Below are positions 1 through 10,334 of a stretch of 60,802 nt of DNA, piece after piece. The position numbers were made by a program, and so were the translations under genes. Within the stretch, counting starts at the first letter, position 1. Every line of letters begins with the position of its first letter. Origin of the DNA: Butyrivibrio sp. GTDB taxonomy: Bacteria > Bacillota > Clostridia > Lachnospirales > Lachnospiraceae. Below the pieces are notes generated by a model. It had not been told where the DNA came from and did not search any database. It was given only the letters and a program-made list of their open reading frames with translations. The stretch is from positions 1 to 60,802 of the forward strand of contig JAILMY010000095.1 in NCBI GenBank assembly GCA_024692165.1, written 5' to 3'.

Positions 1-1248
1 ATAGATTGATGTGGTTAGATGTGAAACAATAAACAGGTATATCTGCCTGAATAATACAAAGGAGCTGAGCATTATGTACATAGGTGCCTTGGCGTCTCCA
101 ATACCCCTTAGCGCTCCGGAGTGCGTCTGATTACTACAACATAGTATATCAAAAAAACAGTTCATTCGAATAAAAAGTGTCCCCAGATGAATAACCTCAG
201 GATCACTGTTAAACAAACTTACAATCTGAGGCGCAGCGATAAATTCAGGAATTACAAGGATAACTGTGCAGATAGCCGCCAGAATCAGCGCCTGTCTGAT
301 TCCCTTCTTTATCCTGTCAACATTTCCTGCCCCGGCATTCTGGCCTACGAAGGTGGTTGCCGTAAGGGCAATACTCTGCATCGGCAGCATTACAAAGGCA
401 TCAATTCTTCCGTAGGCGCCCCAACCGGCGGTGCTGCTCTCTCCAAATCTGTTGATATAGCTCTGAACAAACAGGTTTGAAAATGAGATTACGGCCATTT
501 GAACTCCGGCAGGCATTCCCACAGTGATTATTCGCCTTAAAATCTCTCTGTCTATCTTAAGTTCTTTAGCTCTTATGCGGTAGATTTCCTTACTCTTTAC
601 CAGAACGATTATTGTAAGGATAGCAGAAACAAACTGAGATATGATCGTAGCATAGGCTGCACCGGCAACCCCCATTTTAAGGGTAACTACGAAAAAGATA
701 TCCAGAATAATATTGAAAACGGAAGTGATCACAAGAAAAATCAGCGGTTTTACCGAATCTCCCACAGCTCGCAGTATTGCCGAGCCTATGTTGTACATCA
801 TGAGCCCCAGGATACCAAGAAAATAAATCTGCAGATACTGTGTAGCCAGCGGCATTACGCTTTCCGGAGTGGACATAAACTTTAGAAGCGGCGGAGTTAT
901 GTAATAACCAAAAACCATTAAAACAAAGCTCATCAAAAAAGTGCATACAATAGCTGTATGTACTGCCTTTTTAAGCCCTTCTTCGTTCTTAGCACCAAAA
1001 TAATGGGATATTATAACGCTGGCACCGGTAGAAAAGCCCATAAAAAAGCCTACCAGTGTTGTTATGGCCGGGGCCACACTGGTAACAGCGCCAAGGGCGC
1101 TGGCGCCTACCTCTCTACCGACGATAATACTGTCTATAGTGTTATATAATTGTTGAAAAACATTACCGGCAAGCAGAGGGATAGCAAATAAAATAAGCTC
1201 TTTGCGTATAGATCCCTGTGTCATGTCCATTGTTGCTTGTCTTGCCAT
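1..1248 (-). CDS. MATE family efflux transporter (3' end runs off the window)
   Basis: Not in the ORF track. Manual translation from ATG 1248: MARQATMDMTQGSIRKELILFAIPLLAGNVFQQLYNTIDSIIVG...ILRAVGDSVKPLIFL...FVGQNAGAG...ALRGIGDAKAP. Open to base 1, with typical MATE motifs. Confidence 0.93.
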   Translation of the reverse strand, partial: MARQATMDMTQGSIRKELILFAIPLLAGNVFQQLYNTIDSIIVGREVGASALGAVTSVAPAITTLVGFFMGFSTGASVIISHYFGAKNEEGLKKAVHTAIVCTFLMSFVLMVFGYYITPPLLKFMSTPESVMPLATQYLQIYFLGILGLMMYNIGSAILRAVGDSVKPLIFLVITSVFNIILDIFFVVTLKMGVAGAAYATIISQFVSAILTIIVLVKSKEIYRIRAKELKIDREILRRIITVGMPAGVQMAVISFSNLFVQSYINRFGESSTAGWGAYGRIDAFVMLPMQSIALTATTFVGQNAGAGNVDRIKKGIRQALILAAICTVILVIPEFIAAPQIVSLFNSDPEVIHLGTLFIRMNCFFDILCCSNQTHSGALRGIGDAKAPMYIMLSSFVLFRQIYLFIVSHLTTSIY

Positions 1249-1286
1249 AAAAAACCTAACTTTCTATATAGTATTGTCTGAAGCCA

Positions 1287-2129
1287 TTAAGCATCTTTAT
1301 CCCTGAATTTCCTGGATCTGATCTTAAGCTCTTTAAGGAGCATGATCCTATCTTTATTCTGGTCCTCAGTTCTTTTCTTATCAGGTACAAACTTTGCTAT
1401 GCTCACAAGAATTCTCTTCTGGTTAAAAGACAGTTGACCTGCATGGAGCTTGGATAGAGTAGCTTTTGCTTCGTTAACTTTGGCTTCCATAGCCAATTTT
1501 TCGTTGTTTACCCTGGTCTCAACAGAGGTGACACCTTCCTGGACCTTCTCAAATCTGGCCTGAGCACGTTCATTGAACTCAGCGTGCATTTTTTCCACAT
1601 CCTTAAGAAGAGCTGAAAGGCTGGCCTCAGTCAGGGCAAAATCTGCGCCGAAAACAGCCGCCAGAATCAGTGCCAGTATCTCATAGATAATAGGACTGAC
1701 CACGGCGTGCATTCCGTTTATGAAGGGAATAAGGAACTTTACAACCAGCACTCCGGCAAGGCCAAAGCAGATACTTACCGGAAGGCATATGCGCCCCTGA
1801 ATATTAAGAGGCATCTCACTGTAATCCCACCATCTTGCATGGAATCTCTTTTCCAGTACCCAGGAAGTACCAAACTCTGCCACAGCACTTCCTAACATAC
1901 AGATAATGAATATGCCCCATATGGGGAAAGCGGGATCCGACAATGCCGGAAACAGTCCAAAGAGAATTGATGTTGCAACCACGCATGATCCGTATATCGG
2001 ACATATCGGTCCAAACAAAAAGCCTCTGTCAGCCCACTTTTTTTCCTTTGTTGTACAGTAGGTGGATTCCCATATCCACCCTAAAAAGCTATAAAAGATG
2101 AATTCTACAAAATACTGTGCTACTAACAT
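1287..2129 (-). CDS. Membrane protein of the 'putative ABC transporter permease' (CmpB/TMEM229-like) family, with C-terminal coiled coil
   Basis: FIFYSFLGWIWE, RGFLFGPICPIYG and RWWDYS..PLNIQGRICL motifs. Start moved to ATG 2129 (MLVAQY), which follows GGGGGAAAAT. Confidence 0.8.
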   Translation of the reverse strand: MLVAQYFVEFIFYSFLGWIWESTYCTTKEKKWADRGFLFGPICPIYGSCVVATSILFGLFPALSDPAFPIWGIFIICMLGSAVAEFGTSWVLEKRFHARWWDYSEMPLNIQGRICLPVSICFGLAGVLVVKFLIPFINGMHAVVSPIIYEILALILAAVFGADFALTEASLSALLKDVEKMHAEFNERAQARFEKVQEGVTSVETRVNNEKLAMEAKVNEAKATLSKLHAGQLSFNQKRILVSIAKFVPDKKRTEDQNKDRIMLLKELKIRSRKFRDKDA

Positions 2130-2278
2130 ATTTTCCCCCGTGAAATTACATCTGCAAAGGCTATTATAGACCCTATTGCCAAAACCATAAAGCAAAATCT
2201 TCAGGCAGATGAGATTGAGAAGATGGAGACTTAAGCTGTATAATAGACTAAAAGTATTTATGCAACCGGGGGCAAGTC

Positions 2279-3199
2279 ATGAGGGAAAAAATACAAATAT
2301 TAAAAGACAACATAGAAAGGCGCATCGTCGGCAAGGGTCAGGTTATTGACAGGATCATAGTATGTCTGCTTGCTGAAGGTCATGTGCTTCTTGAAGATGT
2401 ACCGGGAGTCGGCAAAACCTCAATTGTAAAGGCATTGTCAGACTCTCTTTCTTTATCTTTTTCCAGAATCCAGTGTACTCCGGACACTACACCGGGGGAT
2501 ATCACGGGATTTTCTGTATACGACCAGGCAAATGGCGTATTCAAGACTCTTTCAGGCCCCGTAGTTAATAATATAGTTCTTGCGGATGAGCTGAACAGAA
2601 CCTCACCCAAGACCCAATCTGCGCTTCTTGAAGTTATGGAGGAACATAAGGTGACTATAGACGGCACCGATATTCCGGTTCCGGAGCCCTTTATGGTCAT
2701 AGCCACCCAGAATCCCAAGGAAATGGCAGGAACTTACCCTATCCCCGAATCCCAGCTGGACAGATTTATGATGAGGCTCTCTGTTGGTTATCCTGACGCA
2801 AAGAGCTCTGAGGATATGGCAAAACGCTTTTTGGAAGGGAATCTTCACGACAAGACAAGTCCTGTTCTTTCTGCTACAGACATTCTTACTATGAGAGAAG
2901 AGGTAAAAAAAGTATCTATCCACGAGGACCTTCGAATATATGCGGTTAAAATAGTGGATGAAACCCGCACCAAGGCTGAGATTTCCTGTGGAGCTTCGCC
3001 GAGAGCTCTTTTATCCATGCTAAGATGTGCACAGGCCATGGCTTTCATGGCTGACAGGGATTACTGCATTCCTGAGGATATAGCAGATGCCGCTAAGCTT
3101 TGCCTTCCCCACAGGATAATGCTCACAACCGAGGCCAAGCTCAGTCGAACTACCGGTGACTATCTTATAGGTCAGATTCTTACCAGGGTTAAAGTCTGA
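2279..3199 (+). CDS. moxR: MoxR-family AAA+ ATPase
   Basis: HVLLEDVPGVGKT (Walker A), RIQCTPD, LADELNRTSPKTQSALLEVM, VIATQNP, QLDRF, GASPRA. Confidence 0.93.
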   Translation: MREKIQILKDNIERRIVGKGQVIDRIIVCLLAEGHVLLEDVPGVGKTSIVKALSDSLSLSFSRIQCTPDTTPGDITGFSVYDQANGVFKTLSGPVVNNIVLADELNRTSPKTQSALLEVMEEHKVTIDGTDIPVPEPFMVIATQNPKEMAGTYPIPESQLDRFMMRLSVGYPDAKSSEDMAKRFLEGNLHDKTSPVLSATDILTMREEVKKVSIHEDLRIYAVKIVDETRTKAEISCGASPRALLSMLRCAQAMAFMADRDYCIPEDIADAAKLCLPHRIMLTTEAKLSRTTGDYLIGQILTRVKV

Positions 3200-4266
3200 T
3201 GAAGGTTAACATATATAAGAAAAATCTTTTCATATATCTCGCTCTCCTTGTGGGGGTTATCGTTCTTGCCAGCTTTTATGGCGGCCCGGTATCCTTTGTG
3301 CCTCTCTATGCCCTTCTGCTTCTTATTCCTGTGTCAGTTCTATATATTTTTATAAATTATCGCCTGATGTCTTTATACCAGGAAATTGAAGTACATAAGG
3401 TTTCAAAGGGGGAAAATCACAACTTCAGAGCACTTATCGATAATTCAGGATTTCTTCCGATCCACAAAATGGCCCTCACTACCTACCATGACAGATGTGA
3501 CCTATACGATATTCAAAACGGATCTCTGATTTCCCTGGACTGCCGGGATAAAACCGAGCTGTCCTCCAGGATCAGCTGCAGATATGCCGGCGCATACAAC
3601 ATAGGTATTGAGAAGATTTCCTTTTCTGATCCCTTTAACATTTTTTCTGTAGATATTGATGTGCCCTATTCCTTTAGGGCAATTGTAAGGCCCCGAATTA
3701 CTGATATTGCAAATAAGGCTCTGGATCTGGAAAATCTGATCAACAGTACCGGGTTAAAGAGCTCAAGACAGCTGGATGAGATTACCGGCAGCGATATGAG
3801 AACCTATCAGATAGGCGACTCTCTTTCTTCCATCAACTGGAAGGTTTCAGCCAAGCTTTCTGAACTGTACGTTCGTCTTCCGGATCCTATGGAAAAAAGA
3901 CATGTAACCATCCTTATGGATGCATCAAACATTCCTGAGATTGACTGGGATACTGAGTTCCTGAAAAAAAGAGACTATTTTCTTGAATTTGCAGTGTCCG
4001 CAGCCTATCACTTCGGAAATCAGGGGGTTCCGGTTGAAATAATCTATCCCTCCGGGGATATAAAGCACTCCATCGTTGATTCCTATGACACATTTTTAGA
4101 ATTCTACAACGTGGTAGCAGATGGTATTTTTTACAGTTCAGAAAGTGTTAAGAAGCAATTACAGTCACTAATTCAGGAAAAGAGAGACTCCTATGGAACA
4201 GACACCTGGATCATCCTCAGAGAAGACTGCACTAGCAAGTCGGATTTCTGCAGTATTATCGGCTGA
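3199..4266 (+). CDS. DUF58 domain protein
   Basis: TGATG coupling to moxR, N-terminal TM pair, and the MRTYQIGDSLSSINWKVSAK motif of DUF58. Confidence 0.85.
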   Translation: MKVNIYKKNLFIYLALLVGVIVLASFYGGPVSFVPLYALLLLIPVSVLYIFINYRLMSLYQEIEVHKVSKGENHNFRALIDNSGFLPIHKMALTTYHDRCDLYDIQNGSLISLDCRDKTELSSRISCRYAGAYNIGIEKISFSDPFNIFSVDIDVPYSFRAIVRPRITDIANKALDLENLINSTGLKSSRQLDEITGSDMRTYQIGDSLSSINWKVSAKLSELYVRLPDPMEKRHVTILMDASNIPEIDWDTEFLKKRDYFLEFAVSAAYHFGNQGVPVEIIYPSGDIKHSIVDSYDTFLEFYNVVADGIFYSSESVKKQLQSLIQEKRDSYGTDTWIILREDCTSKSDFCSIIG

Positions 4267-6562
4267 GATCAAACTTCATATGTTTGTTTATGCCCTGCTG
4301 GCTATCTGTCTGGAGGTATATTTGTTGTGGCATAGCCGGTTCGCTGGCGTTTCAGTGATACCTGAAACTGCCACCGGTTCAGAAGTATCTTTATCTATCG
4401 GCGTGGAATTTCTGTTTATTACTCTTGGACTATTTTTGTTTTACGCTGTGCTCCAGAGGGTTTTTGAGATTTTTGCACCAACAAAGGGTGCGGCGATATT
4501 CTCACTTCTGCCGGCTATTTTGCTGTTCTTTATGCTAAGACGCGTTGAAGAAATTCCCTATCTTGGCGTGACTGTGGTTATCTCTGCTCTTTTGCGTCTT
4601 TTATTTGATTTTGTTCCTGCTCCGGACAGGATAATTGATTATGGTGCCCTTATTCTCACAGTGGCAGCAATCTATATGTATTTTGTGCCGGGTTCCTTTA
4701 AATCCGGAGAGTTTGCCCATACTCTTATGTTTGTATGCCTCACGATCCTGACAATGTCTGTTATTCAGAAATTCATTATTGAGCGCATGAAAACAGCTTT
4801 TCCAATTTACATTTTCCTTATCATAGGACTTCTTACCCTTGTGATTCCCGTCAGTGAAAATCCCATCGACTGGAGCCATGTGGTACAGGCAGGAGAGAGG
4901 TTCTCGGAAAGCGCTATGGAAACCATGGACCTTATATCCTACTTCTTTTCTGATCTTTTTCACCTTCAGGGATTCTCTTCAGGATACAGTACTCTGGGTA
5001 ATGCAGGAGGTAATGTTGGCACTTCAGACAGGACTCAGATCATACTTAGAAGCTCGGATAGTCCTTCCTTTATCTTCAAGGATCCCGAAACCGACAAGGA
5101 TATGGTGCGCCGCAGGGCAATTTATCTTAAGGGAGGTCTGCTTCCGGATGCCGAAAATCTCATAAGATTTGCTCATCTTCTTAAATCCCACGGTGTAGAC
5201 AAAGAATATGCAAGATTATTTTGCAGGGATGTGGATATTTCAATAGAATATGCATATCTAAAGACAAAAGATGAAATAGCTCCCGTTAATTCAGTGCTTC
5301 TTATGAATGAACAGGGCAAGACCATTTCAGAAAACAGTACTATGGCCCATAAAAAGGGATATACACTCACCGCGAAATACCTGGATATCGACTACGGCAG
5401 TCCGTATCTTATAGATATCATCAAGGATCCGGTATATGAAAATACCATGTCCTATGAGGAATGCTGTGAATATGTGGTGAATGTACTTGGGATAAATCTC
5501 ACAAAAATTATCGACGAAGAAAGTTATGCGAAGTTACAAATTAATAATATAAAAACAAATGAGTCTTTTTCCCCGGAAAATAATAATAAAAACTCAACAT
5601 ATAACGAAACCTTAACACAATATTTATCAACAAAAGGATCTTCCGATAGAATGCAGGATTTAGCTGCAGAGCTGACCTTAAATGTCTCAGATACCTATGA
5701 TAAATGCAAAATAATTGAAGATTACCTCAGACAATATGCCTACAGCACGGCCGTGGATCAGGATAAAGACCGGGTATCCGACTTAAGTACCCCTGAGGGA
5801 ATAAGTTCCATGGCGGATTCCTTCCTCTTCGAAACCGGAACCGGCTACTGCGTGCATTTCACCTCATCCATGGTGATGCTCCTTCGCTTATCCGGAATTC
5901 CTGCAAGAATTGCCAACGGATACCGCTATGCTTTCCCCTTTGAAAGAGAGGATTCCTACAAGGTCAGCGGAGCCTACGCTCATGCCTGGCCCGAAGCATA
6001 TATTGAGAGCATCGGCTGGGTACCCTTTGAACCTACGCCGGCTTATCTTACAGCAGGTGAAAGATCCTGGAACAAGGCTCCTGCTACGGCTCCCGCCACA
6101 AATTATGCTCCTATTTACAATGAGGTCCCTCATCTTCCGGAAACTATTGCCGAAGCTCCTGTGGAAGAAGCGCCCCAAAAGCGAGCCCTTAGTATTGTTA
6201 CAGTCATAATCCCGGTTATCGCCAGCATACTACTACTGCTTCTGCTGCTTATCTTTGGTAGCAGCGCTATAGATAAGCTTCGTTATCGCCATGGCTCAGC
6301 CGACAGAAAACTTCGCATGGACGTCGATAAAATCAAAAAAAGCCTCCGCAAACATTCTGCTGAAGGCTTTATAGATCGTGGTCTATTATCAGATTATGTA
6401 TCCCTGGCTCCCTCTGCTCTTCGTGATGACCTGCAAAAGGTTTTCGGCATCTACTACAGGCTTGAGTACAGCACCTGCGCAAAAGAGATTACTGAGGAGG
6501 AGTCTGAGTTTGCACGGTCGGTCCGTGAAGCGACTCTCCGGTTATCGGGTCGAAATTCATAG
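4193..6562 (+). CDS. Membrane-anchored transglutaminase-like (TGc) domain protein
   Basis: Multiple N-terminal TM helices. Catalytic motifs GYCVHF (Cys), HAWPE (His) and GWVPFEPT. C-terminal TM. Exact start uncertain (4193 or the downstream ATG of MFVYALL). Confidence 0.85.
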   Translation: MEQTPGSSSEKTALASRISAVLSAEIKLHMFVYALLAICLEVYLLWHSRFAGVSVIPETATGSEVSLSIGVEFLFITLGLFLFYAVLQRVFEIFAPTKGAAIFSLLPAILLFFMLRRVEEIPYLGVTVVISALLRLLFDFVPAPDRIIDYGALILTVAAIYMYFVPGSFKSGEFAHTLMFVCLTILTMSVIQKFIIERMKTAFPIYIFLIIGLLTLVIPVSENPIDWSHVVQAGERFSESAMETMDLISYFFSDLFHLQGFSSGYSTLGNAGGNVGTSDRTQIILRSSDSPSFIFKDPETDKDMVRRRAIYLKGGLLPDAENLIRFAHLLKSHGVDKEYARLFCRDVDISIEYAYLKTKDEIAPVNSVLLMNEQGKTISENSTMAHKKGYTLTAKYLDIDYGSPYLIDIIKDPVYENTMSYEECCEYVVNVLGINLTKIIDEESYAKLQINNIKTNESFSPENNNKNSTYNETLTQYLSTKGSSDRMQDLAAELTLNVSDTYDKCKIIEDYLRQYAYSTAVDQDKDRVSDLSTPEGISSMADSFLFETGTGYCVHFTSSMVMLLRLSGIPARIANGYRYAFPFEREDSYKVSGAYAHAWPEAYIESIGWVPFEPTPAYLTAGERSWNKAPATAPATNYAPIYNEVPHLPETIAEAPVEEAPQKRALSIVTVIIPVIASILLLLLLLIFGSSAIDKLRYRHGSADRKLRMDVDKIKKSLRKHSAEGFIDRGLLSDYVSLAPSALRDDLQKVFGIYYRLEYSTCAKEITEEESEFARSVREATLRLSGRNS

Positions 6563-7370
6563 TACTTGGATCAACCATGTATGGGCGCCCTGTCATAGGG
6601 TCATACCTTATTATTCCCTGCGAATACATCTGCCCTACAGAAAAGGCTCCGGGATAACCTCCCGGGAAAAGAGCTGTATCCTGAGCAGATAGCTTTTTCA
6701 CCTTCCTAATGGCATAAATTGTAATAATAATCTCATATATATAGAATATCAAAATTGCATAAGGCAACTCTGAAGATAGGCAGAAATCATAGAAACCATG
6801 CATAACAACTGGTATCCAAAGTGCACATCTCAGGTAATGCTTTTTACCCTTTTCATTTCCGACAACTTCACATTTCTTGGCAATTCCAAAGAAATATCCC
6901 ATGAAAACAGCATCGATAGCGTGTCCCGGAACAGCCAGGATCCCGCGCATAACAGCAGTAGTCACTGTGGCATCCATCAGATACAGCACATTCTCAAAGG
7001 CTGCAAACCCAAGGGATGCGAAGACAGCATATACTACAGCATCGAAGGTATAATTAAAAGCCGGATGTTTCCATGTCAGCTTTCTGATCACATAATATTT
7101 GCCCAGCTCTTCAGCCAGCGCCACCACCAGGAAGTTCTCAATGACTATATAGATCATGTCTTCCGGGTAAAAGAAAATGCTAAGCAGTGCATCTCCCAAA
7201 AGCTCCAAAACCATTGCAGTAAGAGTAGAAATCACCCCAAATATAAAAAGTTTTAGAAGCAGGGAAGCCGGCTCTTTTTCCCTGGTATCTGCCTTGTACA
7301 CCCAGCGCAAAAGCAATGCCGCAGGAAGTAGCGCAAGTAACATCATCATAATATATTCTCCCGATTCCAA
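6489..7370 (-). CDS. prsW: PrsW family intramembrane metalloprotease
   Basis: Motifs AEELGK, GFAAFEN, VPGHA and HGFYD; hydrophobic body. Confidence 0.88.
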   Translation of the reverse strand: MESGEYIMMMLLALLPAALLLRWVYKADTREKEPASLLLKLFIFGVISTLTAMVLELLGDALLSIFFYPEDMIYIVIENFLVVALAEELGKYYVIRKLTWKHPAFNYTFDAVVYAVFASLGFAAFENVLYLMDATVTTAVMRGILAVPGHAIDAVFMGYFFGIAKKCEVVGNEKGKKHYLRCALWIPVVMHGFYDFCLSSELPYAILIFYIYEIIITIYAIRKVKKLSAQDTALFPGGYPGAFSVGQMYSQGIIRYDPMTGRPYMVDPSTMNFDPITGESLHGPTVQTQTPPQ

Positions 7371-7499
7371 TTAATTAAATAACAATATATAGTATATACA
7401 TAACCACTGATTAGATTATAACAAATATATGGAAATATTCTGCACAATCTAATAAAATACATAGAATATGAATTACCTGTTAAAGTTTAGGAGCAATAA

Positions 7500-8423
7500 A
7501 TGATAATTCTCATCATCATTCTCATAATATTCATTATTTTTTCATATTCACTCGCAGCCTATGCAGTGCGTGGCAAGCGCTCCAGCCTTCTTGAGACTTC
7601 CACCTATGAACAAAAGACCTATCCAAGGGGTGCAGCATATATAAATAAGGGAACTGCCTATACAATCGAGGGCTTTGAAGGATATACTCTCCACGCTGAG
7701 CATATCAAATCTCCCAGTGGAGATGGCAAACACTTTGTGATCATTACTCATGGACACACTTCCACAAGATACGGTGCCATAAAATATGTACCCATTTATA
7801 TAAACAGAGGCTATGACTGCATAATCTATGACCTTAGGGGCCATGGCGAGAACCTCTATCAAGGGAAAAGGAAGATGCCCCTTCGCCTTGGGAAAAAGGA
7901 AATCTGCTGGTTTTCCCGTAAGGAATCCAAGGATCTTTTAAAGGTGATTGAAGATACCAGAAACAGATTTGGCAGCGACGTTCTTATTGGACTTCACGGA
8001 GAATCTCTGGGAGCTGCCTCAACACTTGCTGCCCTTGCTGAAAAACCTGATGTAGCCTTTGCTGTGGAGGACTGCGGATTTGCTGATATCGTAAATGTCC
8101 AGAAGGTTGGCCTTAAATTTATGCACATTCCAACCTTCATGGTTTACCCCGCTTCTGTTATGTGCAGGCTTATATACGGTTACTCCTTCACCTCAACCCG
8201 CCCTGTTGACGCAATTAAGGACAATGAAGTGCCTCTCCTTGTAATACATGGAGAGGCTGATGATTTCATATTATTGGACAATGCCAAAAGAATCTTCGAG
8301 GCCCAGAAGGGCTTTAAACGCATGGAAATTTTCCCGGGAGCTGGTCATGCCATGTCCCTGATTTCTGACCCGGTTCGCTACGAAAAAATTGTAAACGAAT
8401 TCCTGGATTCCATTGGCTTTTAA
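7500..8423 (+). CDS. Membrane-anchored alpha/beta hydrolase
   Basis: N-terminal hydrophobic anchor, YDLRGHG, nucleophile elbow GESLG, HGEADDF and GAGHA (Ser-Asp-His triad). RBS GGAG. Confidence 0.88.
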   Translation: MIILIIILIIFIIFSYSLAAYAVRGKRSSLLETSTYEQKTYPRGAAYINKGTAYTIEGFEGYTLHAEHIKSPSGDGKHFVIITHGHTSTRYGAIKYVPIYINRGYDCIIYDLRGHGENLYQGKRKMPLRLGKKEICWFSRKESKDLLKVIEDTRNRFGSDVLIGLHGESLGAASTLAALAEKPDVAFAVEDCGFADIVNVQKVGLKFMHIPTFMVYPASVMCRLIYGYSFTSTRPVDAIKDNEVPLLVIHGEADDFILLDNAKRIFEAQKGFKRMEIFPGAGHAMSLISDPVRYEKIVNEFLDSIGF

Positions 8424-8463
8424 GGCTTTCGGACGTTGACTCTGAAAGTCAACAGATTAGCTT

Positions 8464-10317
8464 TTATTTTTTCCTGACATGTATTACTCTGCCACGGAAA
8501 TCACCGTCAAGCTCAGATCCAAAGGCTTCTACAACCTCACGACCTTCAAGAAATCTTTCGATTGGCGGATTTGCACCGCCCTCGAAGGTGTGAACCACCA
8601 ACAATTCCTCATCTCCAAGGCTTCTTCTGACTATCTGATATCCCTTTGGATTCTGATATTCTTTCGCGTTAGTTTCAATAACATCAGTTATTCCATCTCT
8701 GATGATATGCTTAACCCTGTCATAGAACCCTATTGACTCAGGCACCAGACTCCATTTCTCCTGAGAAAGATCAAATATATCCCCTGAAAAACAAAGTCTT
8801 CCCAAAAATGCTGAAACAATAATATATTTTATCCTGTCTACATCATCTTCTGCCCTAAGCACTGCCCATATCTGTCTCTGCTCAGGTCTGATAAGTCTGT
8901 GGAGATTAGCTGCGATAAGCGGAATACACTTACATTCATGGGCATCCGAAAAACTCGCCATAGACGATAGCTCCATCATAGAAGGCTCAAGTCTGTGCCC
9001 TCCGCTCGAACAGTTCTCAATAACAAGATCCGGCAGTTCATCTGTCATATGCTTAAAGAACCTTCTGGTGCCCTCTACCGAGGCTCTGACGCCCTCGCCA
9101 TAGCTCTCTGCACCGTCAACACCGGCTCCAAAGGTCTCGTTGTAATCCACTTTTATGTAGCCAAAACCATTATCACGAAGCAGCCCCACAACCTTTTTGT
9201 CCAGATAATCCTGAACCCACTGCTGTCTCATATCAAAGAATCTTGCATCTCCTACCTCAACAGGGATTCCATCCCTCTTTTGCAGATGCTCCACATCGCT
9301 ATAAATCTTGGATTTTACGGCAACATTCTCAAATTCAAACCATATTCCGGGAATCATGCCATAGCTCTTTATCATATCAGCAACTTTGTCGATTCCATCA
9401 GGGAAAAGATCCTTATTGACCTCCCAGTCTCCTATTGTCTGATACCATTCATCTGAACTGTCCTTGTACCAACCGCTGTCGATAACAAGGTATTTAACAC
9501 CGCTTCCCTGAAGCTTTTTGGCAATTTTCTCCAGTTTAGGAAAAGTAGGATTACCCCATGTGGTGCAATATTCATTGAAGATGACCGGCATATCCCGGTC
9601 AACCGGCGAGATTCTTGGATTCTGAGCCTTGACCAGCTTATCGCATACTTCAAGAAGAGAGCTTCCCTCTGCCACTACAGCCTTAGGTGTCTCAAAGCTC
9701 TCCCCCGGGGCTATATCCTTTGCCCACTGCCCAAAATCTCTGTCTGCTATTCCCCCCTGAATATAATAGGTCTCGTCTCTCCTGAGAACCTCTATCTGCC
9801 AGCTTGAAGCACAGTAAAGCTGCACTCCCAGAAAATTGCCGTTCTCAGAGTCCTCCAAAACCAGAAATGGAAACCACTTTCTTACGGGCATTGTTCCGAC
9901 CTGACCGAATTTCTCGACTCTAAGTCCATGTTTTGCCCAGGACATCTCCATGTTAAGATCTGTAAGATCCTGTGAAAGAAGTCTTCCCTCTGCACTCCAG
10001 AAGGATCTTGCCCTGTGGATTCTGTCAGCCTTTAGTCCCTTTATGGCAAAGCTGGATAAAAGTTCCAATCTGAGTTTCTCATCAGTAGTATTTTCAAAAA
10101 CTACACTGCACTCTGTAACACTGCCATTTCCCACATTTTTCTCCCTGTGGCAGCAATGAAGAAGATGGCCCTTTTTTCCTTTAAACACGGTCTCGGAAGC
10201 ACTTTCCGATACCTTCTCCATATCCTGAACAGATTCACCTCCCGAAAGAGTATGGCCGTTACCGTAGCCATTTCCGTATCTGTCCCCCTGTAGCCTGAAT
10301 TCAACGTAATATTCCAT
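8464..10317 (-). CDS. Alpha-galactosidase-like glycoside hydrolase (GH36)
   Basis: FNEYCTTWG, VIDSGWY, GIWFEFE, YIKVDYN (nucleophile), IENCSSGG, SFSDAHE. Confidence 0.88.
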   Translation of the reverse strand: MEYYVEFRLQGDRYGNGYGNGHTLSGGESVQDMEKVSESASETVFKGKKGHLLHCCHREKNVGNGSVTECSVVFENTTDEKLRLELLSSFAIKGLKADRIHRARSFWSAEGRLLSQDLTDLNMEMSWAKHGLRVEKFGQVGTMPVRKWFPFLVLEDSENGNFLGVQLYCASSWQIEVLRRDETYYIQGGIADRDFGQWAKDIAPGESFETPKAVVAEGSSLLEVCDKLVKAQNPRISPVDRDMPVIFNEYCTTWGNPTFPKLEKIAKKLQGSGVKYLVIDSGWYKDSSDEWYQTIGDWEVNKDLFPDGIDKVADMIKSYGMIPGIWFEFENVAVKSKIYSDVEHLQKRDGIPVEVGDARFFDMRQQWVQDYLDKKVVGLLRDNGFGYIKVDYNETFGAGVDGAESYGEGVRASVEGTRRFFKHMTDELPDLVIENCSSGGHRLEPSMMELSSMASFSDAHECKCIPLIAANLHRLIRPEQRQIWAVLRAEDDVDRIKYIIVSAFLGRLCFSGDIFDLSQEKWSLVPESIGFYDRVKHIIRDGITDVIETNAKEYQNPKGYQIVRRSLGDEELLVVHTFEGGANPPIERFLEGREVVEAFGSELDGDFRGRVIHVRKK

Positions 10318-10334
10318 TTTTTATCCTTAAATCC

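Noticed and set aside
187-1149. Short ORFs 187-480, 677-946 and 958-1149 in the ORF track
   Set aside because: They are antisense or out-of-frame shadows of the MATE gene on the minus strand, which the track missed because it runs off the window.
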